DNA from: the human T2T-CHM13v2.0 reference genome, Homo sapiens
Assembly (NCBI RefSeq): GCF_009914755.1
Contig: NC_060947.1
Reading direction: 5' to 3' (one strand)
DNA: 64,000 nt
Every line of letters starts with the position of its first letter. The first letter of the stretch is position 1. The notes below the pieces were generated by a model. That model was not told the DNA's origin and did no database searches. It was given only the letters and a program-made list of their open reading frames with translations. Positions 13,041 to 32,614 of the stretch are shown here, one piece after another. The translations under genes were made by a program, and so were the position numbers.

Positions 13041-13469
13041 TTTTTAATATATCATTCAGGATCATAGGTCCTCTTTGTTCATTTGCATTTTATTAGAAGT
13101 TTTTTCTTCTAATTCTAAAATGATTTCAGTTGGTGGTGGAGGGTTCTCCCAAGTATACATTTTTTTTTTCCAACTGAGAAACAGTTTCCTTTTTCAATGG
13201 AAATGAAGGTACAGACTTCTACAAAATATTTCTTTGCTCTGCAGGTCTATCAATGAGAAGAAAGTGCCAACTGAAAACTTTTAGAAAATACCCAGTTTAC
13301 TCAAGGAAAATAACATGCATTGAAGGTGATTGCTCAATAGAGAGAAGTTGAAACAGCAGACTAATTGCCTGTTTGTGACACCCATGTAATCAACTTGGTA
13401 AGTAAAAACTCAAGAATAATGTTCAATGTTCTCTAAAATGGGCCAGAAGCCCTTCAGTGCAGATTCAGG

Positions 13470-13512
13470 CTCTCTCTCTTTCTCTCTCTCACGCACTCTC
13501 TCTCTCTCTCTT
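13470..13512. repeat. Imperfect (CT)n microsatellite
   Basis: Seen directly in the sequence. Confidence 0.85.
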
Positions 13513-15340
13513 TCGTTTACATCTTATGGCAGATCTTTCTTAGGGTCAGTAGAGCACATGCAGATTTCACACTATGCACTCTCTCTAGCTGATATCTGAT
13601 ATCGAGTCTCATGGGAGTGATTGGAGAAGAAAACCAAGCACAGACTCTATTATGCTGAGATCCTCATTTTTAGTTGTGGTAATTTCTATTATATTTTATA
13701 GTGCCAAACACTACTTTTAATCTGGAACTTTAGGTCATTATTTCCATTGTGGCTCCCTACAGTCTAGCTCCAACTATGAACAAGTACTAGTTGTTACTGT
13801 TAGCTCAATCATTATTTTTGCTTTGTTTAAACAACATATACTATACTCAGGAGTATATTCAGTTAATGGTTTGAAGTGCATCAGAAAAATTAGATGACAT
13901 TAAAGTACAGTTACTTCTGAAGAAAGCTTGTGGTACTATATAATAGTGGAGAGGTAAAACTGTTTAACAGATTAAACATTTTTTCATGCTTCAGGGAAAA
14001 TTTGAAAAACAATTCTAAATTCAGAGCTATTTCTTAGACTTTTATGTTGCTCCCCTAATCTGTTTATTCTAATTGTAAGTTAGACACTTATATTCTCCCT
14101 TATAAATTATATCTTGACATATAGGATGATCAATCCATGCACATGTGGACAGTAAAAATGGCCTGAAATTATATTTTGTGTTTTGTTTCACTCAGTCATT
14201 TAACATTTGTTCATCTATCAAATGTCACTCAGTCATGTCCCTTAGCATTGGCTCTGTCAATATAATGTGGAAAATCTAGCAAGAGATCCTTTATTTTTCC
14301 TCGGGAGCCTGGTTTTTAAACAGAGTTATATCTTCCCAGTGACCACCAGAGTCACATACTATCCAGCAGTACTCAAGTAAGAATGCTTTAAGCGGTATAT
14401 TATCTTTAATACCTATAAGTAATAAATTATGACTTTGGAAATAGTAACATTTTTTAAAGATACATACAATTTGGGCTTCAAAATGCCCAGCTTGCCTATG
14501 TCCCATAAAGATCCCATTAACAGTTTATCTCATTAACAGCCATTTGTACTCATCAGTTCAGGCTGTGTTTTCCCACTGAGACATCATTTACAGTGCTCTA
14601 AACATATTTTCACAACATTCACCTGACAACATCAGCTGAGAGAAAAATTTTCAGACTGCCGAGAAACATCAGGAGGCCATGAATTCTTAATCAACACACC
14701 AAATTATGAAAATGGTATGTATATCTCTTTGAAAATATCCTTGGCAATAGTTAATCGGGAAAAGAAACAGTAGATAGTCCAAAGACTTTGGCTCAGTACC
14801 CTGCTCCCCAGTTGTTAAGAGGAGATTTCAAGGCGTTTGTGTGGTGGCAAAGGTTCATGACTTCTGTCTCCCTTGGGGATTGCCACTAGAGAACATGTGG
14901 AAAGAAAAACTGGTTTTAGTTTTTTGAAGTTCACAAAGAAGCAGAAACAGGCTAACCAAGAATCACCTGGTGAAAGGTCTCCTTTAATGAGCAAATAAAA
15001 ATGATTTATAATTAGTACATATACATAATTTTAAAATGAGACCACACCAAAAAGAAATCTATTCCCTTAACCGGTAAATAAATAATTCTTCTTCTAATGT
15101 CCTTTAGCACATTTATTTGTACAATAATTTACTTTTACATTTCCTTATAAAGTGACCCTTAAACTTAAACCAGAGTTTCTGTATTGTATTTCACTCAGAT
15201 TGCATTTCACTGTGCTGGGAACCTGGAGATGCCTGATATGATAACTTAGGGTGTGAATTAAATCTACAGCCACATCCCTTGGTGATGTGGTTGGTACCCA
15301 TACTGGACTTCCTTGGAAAGCCTTTCATTGTGGTCTAGGT

Positions 15341-15536
15341 CCTTGCTACTCAAGCCTACTCAGAGTATGGTCTTCAAACCATCAGCATTAGTATCACTTG
15401 GGAAGTTGTTAGAAATTCTGGATCTCCTAACCAGATTTTATAAATCACAATCTTGGGGTGCAGTGGAGGACCAGTAATTGCTGTTTTAACAAACATTCCA
15501 GGAGATTCTCCTACATGCAAAATGTGGGAAGCACTT
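15341..15536. mobile_element. MER5A/MER5A1 MITE with 8-bp TSD
   Basis: MER5 internal motifs. Flanked by GTCTAGGT (15333-15340) and GTCTAGGA (15537-15544), matching the Charlie-type target preference. Confidence 0.75.
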
Positions 15537-16341
15537 GTCTAGGATATCGTGTTCATAAAATCAAAACGATTTATTTTGCCACATTGCCTCACATGTCATT
15601 GCCTTTGGATGGGCTGTAGCCTCTATCATAAATTTACTTTTCTTTTTCTTTTTTTTTTTTTTTCACTGTAGCACTCCATGAGCCTTTTTGTGGGCTGGTT
15701 CTTACTTGTCGTTTGTGACTTTCTTTAAGGAATTATCTCCAGACCCCAAAATGCACTTATTCTTCCCTCCAGATTAAAGTAGACACTTTTCTGCTTCCTC
15801 CCTTGGCATACCACACACATCACAGCAACCATATAAGCCCATTGACAATTATAACACAGTATAAGGTCTTTCCCTCTACTGTGGTCAACTCCTGGAAGGC
15901 AGAGCTGCAACTTTAAAAAATCCCTGATAATAAAAATAGAGCTTGATTTTTAGTAGAATATTTTGTTGATAAAAGGTAGAAGGACCCTCATTGCCTTCAG
16001 AATCGTCCTCAGAATACTTCATTTTTGTTACTGACTGAATTGCTTTGCTTTTTATATTCCCTCTCCATCTCCTCATGGGACAGCTCTCTCTCCTACTCCA
16101 ACTCCACCATGTATTTGTTTCTCCCATCTGCCTAGCCAAACTGGTCAAATTAATGTGCATCCTTTGATTTGTCCAGCCCCTTCCCTGAGGCCTGCTCCAA
16201 GCCTCCATTGTCTTTTGTCAATAGGTACAGAGTGGTGGGTTAGAAAGAGGTTGGTAAAGGAGACTGCAGGTGGCCATTTATCCTGCTGATTAAGAGATCT
16301 CGACTGGTTTGATGAAGAAGCACCATTAAAAACAATAGACT

Positions 16342-18678
<2,337 letters not shown>

Positions 18679-18874
18679 AAAAACAATAGGCTTACTATTT
18701 GGCATTAGACAAAGAGATAGGAAATGGTATTGGAGGTGACAGTAAGACTTCAGGCATTTCAGTGCCAGAGCCAGAGAGAACTCAAGAAAGAATATATGCT
18801 GGTTGAAAGGAATCCTGGAGAGAGTTGGAAACTTTTTCTTTTGTAAGCACTAGGATGCAAAGAAGCCCCACATT

Positions 18875-18968
18875 GGACTGTGAAATCCCTAACAGCCATG
18901 ATCATGATGTGATGTATGTGACCACTGCACAGAACAAATAAAAATATTTGTGGACTGAACAAATGAAA
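18875..18968 (+). mobile_element. L2 3' end
   Basis: ggactgtgaaatccct...aaatatttgtggactgaacaaatgaa. Confidence 0.5.
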
Positions 18969-20006
18969 AAATGAGAGTGTCAGGTCCTAGGGAGTGGCTT
19001 GTTGGTGGCAGGCAGAAAGAAAAGCTAGAAATAGGCTTTGAGAGGACCAAGAATTACATCCAGTCTCATGCAGGTGCCTGTCCGAAGCTATCCTAAGTTA
19101 ACCTTCTAGTTTTCAGAATGTGTGGATTCTAGTGTTTCAAAGTAGGAGGGAGAAAAGGAAAAGGCTTAAAACCTCAGTTAATGTCAAAGCAGTCAATCTC
19201 TGGCCAGACTTGTGGTGTCAGGATCAGGATTCTGTGCGCTTAGGCATTTATTCTACTTTTGTAACTTCTTCATTTCCTTTTAGATTCTTGGTGAAGTTCC
19301 TTATAAATTTTTAATTTATCATGACTATCGTAAGTCAGAATGACCTGCTTATGCCCAGAAGAACTCAGAAGACAAGCATTGAGGCCAGGCCATAGCAGCG
19401 GGAGTTTTTCAAGCTAGACATCAGGGAAGAATCTAAGGGAGATGATGCTGTTAATGAGGTGGACCCTCCTAAAGAGAGATGTCAGAGAAAGCTGTGACCT
19501 CTGCTTTCATTCCAAGAGGACTGGTCATTTTTATGGGCCCTGGATATTGCTCAGTGTGTAGATATATTAGTCCAATCTGATTTTCTTGGGCCTGTCTGCA
19601 ATATAAAAGTACATAACAATAGAGTAAAATACACGTACAGTATTGCTGCTCTCATCCAGTAGGGATCAGCATGCAATTCAGAGAGAATAAGAGATAACAA
19701 GAATGTCTCATAAAATAGTCAACAACCTATTCAATGACTTCATGGAGAGTAACAAATACTTGATTTCAAAACCACAAAGCTGAAGTGGCCACTTGAGTTT
19801 TAAAACTAATGCAAAATGCATTAAGAATCCATCCTAAAACATTTTTGAAGTGAAGATCAAATCTACATATTTTCAGTCAATGCTTTTGTAACTGTCATGT
19901 GAACTTTAGGACATCAAACAGTCAGATATTTATTGAATACCTACTGAAGCAAAGAATTTTATGTATTAGGATCATAGAAAGAAGTAATTTTGCTGGAGGT
20001 TTTAAA

Positions 20007-20008
<2 letters not shown>

Positions 20009-20054
<46 letters not shown>

Positions 20055-20094
20055 CAGAGAGAAAGGGAGAGAGAAAGGGAGAGAGAGAAAGAGA
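20009..20094. repeat. Compound microsatellite: (GT)15 followed by a GA-rich tract
   Basis: Seen directly: 20009-20038 is a perfect GT repeat, followed by (GA)n variants. Confidence 0.95.
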
Positions 20095-20499
20095 TGTTCT
20101 TTCCTTCACCTTAGACATCTACTCCCACAGCCTTAAAAGTTGCATATGACTTCAGTCCATTTATTTATTCATTCATTCTACAAAATTGTCTCCAGAACTA
20201 ACTATATATCAGATATTGTGAAAGGATAAATGGCTCCTAAATGACATGAAAGAAAGATTCAAGAAGAAAAATACATGTGAGCAGGTGGAGGAAAATTCAA
20301 ACCAGGGAACAGGAGGCTAGAGGATGGAAGGATAAAAGGGGAACAACAGAAAAATGTAACCATTTCTGGAGATACTTAACAGAAAGGGGTTCTGACATCT
20401 TGAAAGAAGTTGTACAGGCACCAGCAAACATGAATAATCCAGTGACCATCCAAAAGGACAGTCAGCTCCTTAGATTGGGGGTTAAGTCCTCCTTATTTC

Positions 20500-20585
20500 C
20501 CTTTCATTAACCTATGCCCAGTATAGAATTTTATCCATAGTAAGCATTCAATAAATATTAGTTCAGTGAAGGAATGAATAAGGAA
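20500..20585 (+). mobile_element. L2 3' end
   Basis: catagtaagcattcaataaatattagttcagtgaaggaatgaat. Confidence 0.6.
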
Positions 20586-21708
20586 AGTTGGTACTTCTTT
20601 TCTGAGAAACACAGAAATGCTATGTACAAATCTGACACAACACATTTAGGGGTACACTGCCTTCCTACAGAATCTTTCAGGACTTATCAAAACCACAGGC
20701 TGATGCCCAAGCAAGAAAGTCAAAGAAGTGATGGAAACATCCTGGAACCCCAAGGTCCTTCACTTTTTCTTTACAGGATTTGACTTCAAAGTCTTTAGAG
20801 AAATTCTTCAGTTTTCTTCCAGGTTAGGTAAAGATTACAATTTTCAAAAAGAAAACTACTGTAGCCCATTGTTTTCTGTCTTTAAGTATTTGGAAGACTA
20901 CTATGAATAATGGAAATGTATAGTAGGTGTTAATATACATAGGATTGGGGCTTTGGAGAAGCTGATCCCACCAAAATACAAAAGATCCTCAAAAAGTATT
21001 ATGAACACCTGTATGCACATAAACTAGAAAAGTCTAGAGGAAATGAATAAATTCTTGGAAGCACACAATCTCCTAAGTTTGAGTCAGGAAGAAATTGAAA
21101 CCCTGACCAAACCAATATCAGATTCCAAAATTGAATAAGTAATAAAAAAACTTCACCAAAAAATTCCCCACACCAGATGGATTCACAGTTGAATCAGATG
21201 TACAAAAAGATCTAGTAGTACCAATTCCACTGAAAACTATTCCAAAAAATCAAAGAGGAAGGATTCCTCCATCACTCTGATACCAAAACCTAGCAAGGAC
21301 GCAATGAGAAAAGAAAACTACAGGCCTGCATTTCTGATGAACATATTCATAAATCTCCAACAAAATACCAGCAAACCAAATCCAAGAGCACATTAAAAAG
21401 TTAATTCACCATAATAAAATAGATGTCATTCCTGGGATGCAAAGTTGGTTCAACATACACAAATCAATGTGTGATTCACCACATAAACAGAATTAAAAGC
21501 AAAGGCTATCTGATAATCTCAATAGATGCAGAAAAATCTTTTGATAAAATCCAACATCGCTTCATGATTAAAAAAAAAAACCTGAAGAAACTAAGCATCA
21601 AAGGAACCTACCTCAAAATAATAAGAGTCAACTATGACAAACCTGCAGCCAACATCATACTGAATGGACAAAAACTGGAAGCATTCCCCTTGAAAAATGG
21701 AACAAGGC

Positions 21709-22714
21709 GGGGGCTGGAGCCAAGATGGCCGAATAGGAAGAGCTCCGGTCTACAGCAGAAGACGGGTGATTTCTGCATTTCCATCTGAGGTATCAGGTTC
21801 ATCTCACTAGGGAGTGCCAGACAGTGGGCGCAGGTCAGTGGGTGCGCACACCGTGCGCAAGCCGAAGCAGGGCAAGGCATTGCCTCACTCGGGAAGCACA
21901 AGGGGTCAGGGAGTTCCCTTTCCTAGTCAAAGAAAGGGGTAACACATGGCACTTGGAAAAATGGGTCACTCTCACCCCAACTTTTCTGATGGGCTTAAAA
22001 AATGGCACACCAGGAGATTATATCCCGCACCTGGCTCGGAGGGTCCTACGCCCACGGAGTCTCGCTGATTGCTAGCACAGCACTCTGAGATCAAACTGCA
22101 AGGCGGCAGCGAGGCTGGGGAAGGGGTGCCCGCTATTGCCCAGGCTTGCTGAGGTAAACAAAGCAGCCGGGAAGCTCAAACTGGGTGGAGCCCACCACAG
22201 CTCAAGGAGGCCTGCCTGCCTCTGTAGGCTCCACCTCTGGGGGCAGGGCACAGACAAACAAAAAGACAGCAGTAACCTCTGCAGACTTAAATGTCCCTGT
22301 CTGACAGCTTTGAAGAGAGCAGTGGTTCTCCCAGCACACAGCTGGAGATCTGAGAATGGGCAGACTGCCTCCTCAAGTGGGTCCCTGACCCCGACCCCCG
22401 AGCAGGCTAACTGGGAGGCACCCCCAAGTAGGGGCAGACTGACACCTCACACGGCCAGGTACTCCTCTGAGACAAAACTTTCAGAGGAACGATCAGACAG
22501 CAGCATTTGCGGTTCACAAAAATCTGCTGCTCTGCAGCCACCGCTGCTGGTACCCAGGCAAACAGGGTCTGGAGTGGACCTCTAGCAAACTCCAACAAAC
22601 CTGCAGCTGAGGGTCCTGTCTGTTAGAAGGAAAACTAACAGAAAGGAGATCCACACCAAAAACCCATCTGTACCTCACCATCATCAAAGACCAAAGGTAG
22701 ATAAAACCACAAAG
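21709..22714 (+). promoter_or_regulatory. L1 5'UTR internal sense/antisense promoter with intact YY1 site
   Basis: CAAGATGGCC at 21721-21730 and residual CpGs. The promoter function of primate L1 5'UTRs is established; activity of this copy is not shown. Confidence 0.75.
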
Positions 22715-23732
22715 ATGGGGGAAAAAACAGAGCAGAAAAACTGGAAACTCTAAAAAGCAGAGCGCCTCTCCTCCTACAAAGGAACGCAGCTTCTCACCAG
22801 CAACAGAACAAAGCTGGATGGAGAATGACTTTGACGAGTTGAGAGAAGAAGGCTTCAGACGATCAAACTACTCCGAGCTACAGGAGGAAATTCAAACCAA
22901 AGGCAAAGAAGTTGAAAACTTTGAAAAAAATTTAGACGAATGTATAACTAGAATAACCAATACAGAGAAGTGCTTAAAGGAGCTGATGGAGCTGAAAGCC
23001 AAGGCTCGAGAACTACATGAAGAATGCAGAAGCCTCAGGAGCCGATGCAATCAACTGGAAGAAAGGGTATCAGTGATGGAAGATCAAATGAATGAAATGA
23101 AGCGAGAAGGGAAGTTTAGAGAAAAAAGAATAAAAAGAAACAAACAAAGCCTCCAAGAAATGTGGGACTATGTGAAAAGACCAAATCTACGTCTGATTGG
23201 TGTACCTGAAAGTGATGCGGAGAATGGAACCAAGTTGGAAAACACTCTGCAGGATATTATCCAGGAGAACTTCCCCAATTGAGCAAGGCAGGCCAACATT
23301 CAGATTCAGGAAATACAGAGAACGCCACAAAGATACTCCTCGAGAAGAGCAACTCCAAGACACATAATTGTCAGATTCACCAAAGTTGAAATGAAGGAAA
23401 AAATGTTAAGGGCAGCCAGAGAGAAAGGTCAGGTTACCCACAAAGGGAAGCCCATCAGACTAACAGCGTATCTCTTGGCAGAAACTCTACAAGCCAGAAG
23501 AGAGTAGGGGCCAATATTCAACATTCTTAAAGAAAAGAATTTTCAACCCATAATTTCATATCCAGCCAAACTAAGCTTCATAAGTGAAGGAGAAATAAAA
23601 TACTTTACAGACAAGCAGATGCTGAGGGATTTTGTCACCACCAGGCCTGCCCTAAAAGAGCTCCTGAAGGAAGCACTAAACATGGAAAGGAACAACCGGT
23701 ACCAGCCACTGCAAAATCATGCCAAATTGCAA
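22715..23732 (+). pseudogene. L1 ORF1p, disrupted
   Basis: ATG at 22715 is followed by an extra G (+1 frameshift). ORF 22818..23282 gives the coiled coil and KRPNLRLIGVPE. Premature TGA at 23280. Confidence 0.93.
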
Positions 23733-23795
23733 AGACCATCAAGGCTAGGAAGAAACTGCATCAACTAACGAGCAAAATAACCAGCTAACATCATA

Positions 23796-27620
<3,825 letters not shown>

Positions 27621-27664
27621 ACAATGAGAACACATGGACACAGGAAAGGGATCATCATACTCTG

Positions 27665-27697
27665 GGGACTGTTGCGGGGTGGGGGGAGGGGGGAGGG
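27665..27697 (+). other. L1 3'UTR G-rich tract (G-quadruplex-forming motif)
   Basis: ggggactgttgcggggtggggggaggggggaggg contains at least four G-runs; a known L1P 3'UTR feature. Confidence 0.7.
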
Positions 27698-27835
27698 ATA
27701 CCTTTAGGAGATATACCTAATGCTAAATGACGAGTTAATGGGTGCAGCACACCAGCATGGCACATGTATACATATGTAACTAACCTGCACATTGTGCACA
27801 TATACCCTAAAACTTAAAGTATAATAATAATAAAA

Positions 27836-27866
<31 letters not shown>

Positions 27867-30800
27867 AAAATTTGTTGAATAAAATATTTATCTCATTGTT
27901 AAAAAAAAAATGGAACAAGGCAAGGATGCTCACTCTCACTACTCCTGCTTAACATAGTAATGGAAGTGCTAATCAGAGCAGTTGGGCAAGAGAAACAAAT
28001 ACAAACCATCCAAGTAGGAAAAGAAGGTAAACTATCTCTTCTCATGAATGATGTGATTATATACGTAGAAATCCCTAAAGATTATGCCAAAAGTCTCCTA
28101 AAAATGATAAACAACTCTAGTAAAGTTTCAGGATACAAAATCAATTACAAAAATCAGTAGCATTTTTATACACCAATAACATTCAAACTGAGAGTCAAAT
28201 CACGAACGCAATCTCATTTGCAATAGCTAGAAATAAATAAAATACTTAGGAATACATTTAACCAAGGAGGTGAAAAATCTCTACAAAAAGAACTACAAAA
28301 CACCACTGAAAGAAATTGTACATGACCCAAACATGTGGAAAAGCATTCCATTCTCATGGATTGGAAGAAACAATATCATTAAAATGTCCATACTGCCCAA
28401 AGCAATCTGCAGATTCAACACTATTCCTATCATGCTACCAATGTCATTTTTCACAAAACTAGAAAAAACTATTTTCAAATTCATATGGAACCAAGAAAGA
28501 GCCTGAATAGCTAAAGTGATCATAAGCAAAAAGAACAAAGTCGGAAGCATCACATTACCTGACTTCAAACTATACTCAAAGGCTATGGTAACCAAAACAG
28601 CAATGTACTGGTACAAAAACAGGCACATACACCAATGAAACAATATGTAGAACTCAGAAATAAAGTCACACACCTACAGCCATCTGATTTTGGACAAAGT
28701 CAACAAAAATAAGCAATGGGGAGATGACTCCCTATTCGGTTAATTGTGCTGGAGAGGCTGGCTAGCCATATGCAAAAGAATGAAACTGGACCCCTACCTT
28801 TCACTATATACAAAAATTAAGATGAATTAAAGATTTAAATGTAAGACTTCAAACTATAAGAATTCTAGAAGAAAACCTAGGAAACACCATTCTGGATATC
28901 AGCCTTAGAAAAGAATTTACAACTAAGTCCTCAAAAGCAATTGTAACAAAAGTGAAAATTGTCATGTGGGACCTAATTGAACTAAACAGCTTCTGCACAG
29001 CAAAAGAAACTATCAACAGAGTAAACAGACAACCTACAGAATGGGAGAAAATATTGGCAAACCATGAATCTGAGAAACATCTGTCATCCAGAATCGATAT
29101 GGAATTTAAACAATTGAGCAAGCAAAAAGCAAATGACCCTATTAAAAAATTGGCAAAAGTCATGAACAGACACTTCTCAAAAGAAAACATATAAATGGCC
29201 AACAAACGTGAAAAAATGCTCAATATCACTAATCATCAGAGAAATGCAAATCAAAACCACAATGAGATACCAGCTCACATCAGTCAGCATGGCTGTTATT
29301 AAAAAGTCAAAAAACAATAGATGCTGGCAAGGCTATGGAGAAAGGGAAACACTTACACACTGTTGGTAGGAATGTAAATTAGTTCAGCCATTGTGGAAAG
29401 CAGTTTGGTGATTTCTCAAAGAACTTAAAACAGAAGTACCACTCAACCCAGAAATCCCATTACTGAGTATATATCAAAAATTCTACCAAAAAGACACACA
29501 CATTCACATGTTCATTGCAGCTCTATTCACAATAGCAAAGACATGAAATCGACCTCGGTGCCCATCAGCAGTGGATTCGATAAAGAAAATGTGGCACATT
29601 TACACCATAGAATCTTACAAGACTGTAACAAAGAATGAAATCATGTCTTTTGTAGCAACATGGATGCAGCTGGAGGCTATTATCCTAAGCAGATTAACTC
29701 AGGAACAGAAAACCAAATGCCACATGTTCTCACTAAACACTGGGTATTCACGAACATAAAGACAGCAACAATAGACACTGGAGACTTCTAGAGGGAGAGT
29801 CAGGGGAGCAAGGGTTGAAAAACTATTGGGTACTATGCTCAGTACCTAGGTGATAGGATCAATTGTACTCTAAACCTCAGCATCATGCAATATATCCAGG
29901 TAACAAACCTGCACATGTACCCCTGAATCTAAAGTCAAAGTTAAAATTATGAAAATAAAAAATAAAGTCTTTAGCTTAAAAAAATGAAAAAAAAAATTCT
30001 AAATATTTCTTGCCTTTTCTATATCTTTAGCTTTTATATATTTTCTGGAAGATTGTATTGACTTTATCTTCCATCTTCAACATACTTTTTAGAAATTTCA
30101 GCAATTATGTTATTCATTTATTTTATAAAGCTCTTTCTTGTTCTTTGTTCATTTTCATGGTCTCCTTTTTCTATCAATTAAATAACATTTTAATCTTTCA
30201 AAATACTTTTTTTATTATTGTGCATTTATTTGGATCTCTCTGCTTCATGATATACACTTTTAAAAAATACCTGGTGATATGTGGTAAAAAGAGGTAAAAA
30301 AGAGAAAGAAAAATAAAACCAGACTGGGAGACTTAGGTAAATTATCTTCTAGGTAGAGGGATAATTTTTTATTCATTATTATGATTTTCCCTGAAAATAA
30401 TTCCAACCACAGTCATCACTGGTCACTGGCTTGTGGCAATCGGGCCTCAGTGGGATTTTACCTGGAATGAGAGAGTCCCATTTCTGTGCAAATTTTTACT
30501 TCCTTTCATTGATTCTATTAATGCCTCATTTACCAATGATCATTAGATAATTATACTATTTCAAAAATAGCCTTGCTTGCTAAAGAGGGACTAAAAGTGT
30601 TTTCACAGTAAGATTAGCTTATTTTGCAGAGATAATCCACCTTGTAGTAGTCATGGAAAATAAATGTAATGTTAGCGGTGCCAGTTGCTTTTTTTCTGTA
30701 TTGTGAAACTGAATCATCAATTTTGAATAATGAAACTTTAAGCTACATAAGAAATATCAAGCTTGTTCATTCATGTTCAAAACTTACAACCAAATACCTT

Positions 30801-31061
30801 TGTTTCCTCTTCACATTTGCTCCCTAATTATATCACTGGCCTCTCCAGGTGTATGTTTTAACTCCTGGTTTCTCCAAAATGGATATCTGACATTTTCTAA
30901 AACCCTCTATGAAGGGGCATTCCTGTGGGGATATATGTTTTTTGTGACTCTAGGGCCGTATGAGAAGAGAAGGCATTTGGGGATCCCTAGACGCTGATTC
31001 TACTCCCTCTCATGAAGATGAGATGTCACCTTGATGATGCTGAGTTTGTTTTACAAATTGG

Positions 31062-31550
31062 CTCTTTTGGTTAGCATTCTAGCTGAATAAAAGGGCCTAC
31101 TCAAACTGGGCAATTTGAGGAAAGTGTAATAAAGGGAATATTTTTAAATTCATGGGCATAGGGATAAGAAAACCAACAAACGATAGTGTAGGTCTCCACA
31201 TCTAGCAACAGTGGGGACCCATAACCATCATTAGACCTGAAAGTGCAAGAGGAGGGCACAGAGACAGGATCTATATTAAGAGGGCAGCCTGACAGCAACA
31301 GCTTTCCATAAAAGGAAGCAGCCAATCCATGGTGATCCTGTAGAGAGGCAGCCAGGGAAGTAAAATATCCCAGCCTGATTCTTCTTTCATCTTTCCGTCT
31401 CAGCCAGTGTCTCTCATTGGCTGAAGCCAACCAGAAGCCAGGCAATGAAGCCTGTTGACAGAGTTCATACAGGTCAGTTTCCTGGAGTGCAGAGAAGGGT
31501 GGGGAAGGCCAGAGTGGATTTGAGACAGACGATGGAAAATATTCAGCACA
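31062..31550 (-). mobile_element. LTR33-like ERV-L solo LTR
   Basis: The minus strand begins TGTGCTGAATAT. Motifs ctcaaactgggcaatttgaggaaagtgtaataaaggga and cattggctgaagccaaccagaagcc. Confidence 0.7.
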
Positions 31551-31989
31551 CCATGAAAAGCTCATGCCTGTAAACAATTTCTTAAACAGAGTAGTTGGTG
31601 TCACTTCTTCCAGAATGATAATGTAAGTCCATGAATTCAGAAGGAAGTAGTATAGTGAGATCTGGATTATTTCTCAATTCTGGAGGACTACCTGCATGGA
31701 GAATGACATAGGCAGTTTCATATTCTGTAGAAAACCCAGGTATGACCGGAAAGCCATGTGAAGATATATTACATCTGCTCATACTCTGCACGGTCACCTC
31801 ATTCTATATACTTGGTAAAATTATTGAAAACTTTTATCCTAAGTGTATATATGTCTGTCTGTGTATTTAGTTTTTTCTTCCCATTAATTCACAATGTACC
31901 TGAAACACTATACCTTCATATTTCTCAAACACATAAATATTTCACGGTACACATATACTTATTCTTTAACCATAGAAATAGATACCACT

Positions 31990-32332
<343 letters not shown>

Positions 32333-32614
32333 TTATGAAACACGGTGGAGTATGATTCATTTGATTACTGTTGACACTAGTATTTAATTTCCATAATTAA
32401 CATCCATACTCATTGATAATGTTAATAAAAGCATCCTAAGTGTCTTTGGATGGAGAGGGAACCCTGGGTAGTGGCCAAGTGAAGGTAGGAGAGACAGCTG
32501 GGAGTAAAAGAAACGGATGAAAAAAGGGAAAGTATTTGAAGTAGAGTGCTGAATTTCTATTGCTGCAGAGTAAATCCTGACATGGCTGCATTAACTTGGG
32601 ATAAGGATTGTTAG

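Noticed and set aside
14594-14714. Possible exon (ttacag ... ATG|gtatgt)
   Set aside because: The polypyrimidine tract is weak and there is no other support.
15885-16208. 107-aa minus-strand ORF in unique-looking sequence
   Set aside because: It starts at a non-ATG-quality context with no recognisable homology or flanking splice sites. ORFs of this length are expected by chance in 64 kb.
27821-27870. (AAAT)n array and other short tandem repeats as a CRISPR-like array
   Set aside because: These are an L1 tail and microsatellites, with no repeat-spacer structure, in eukaryotic DNA.
31101-31604. 167-aa minus-strand ORF
   Set aside because: It falls almost entirely within an LTR33-like LTR, with no protein family signal.
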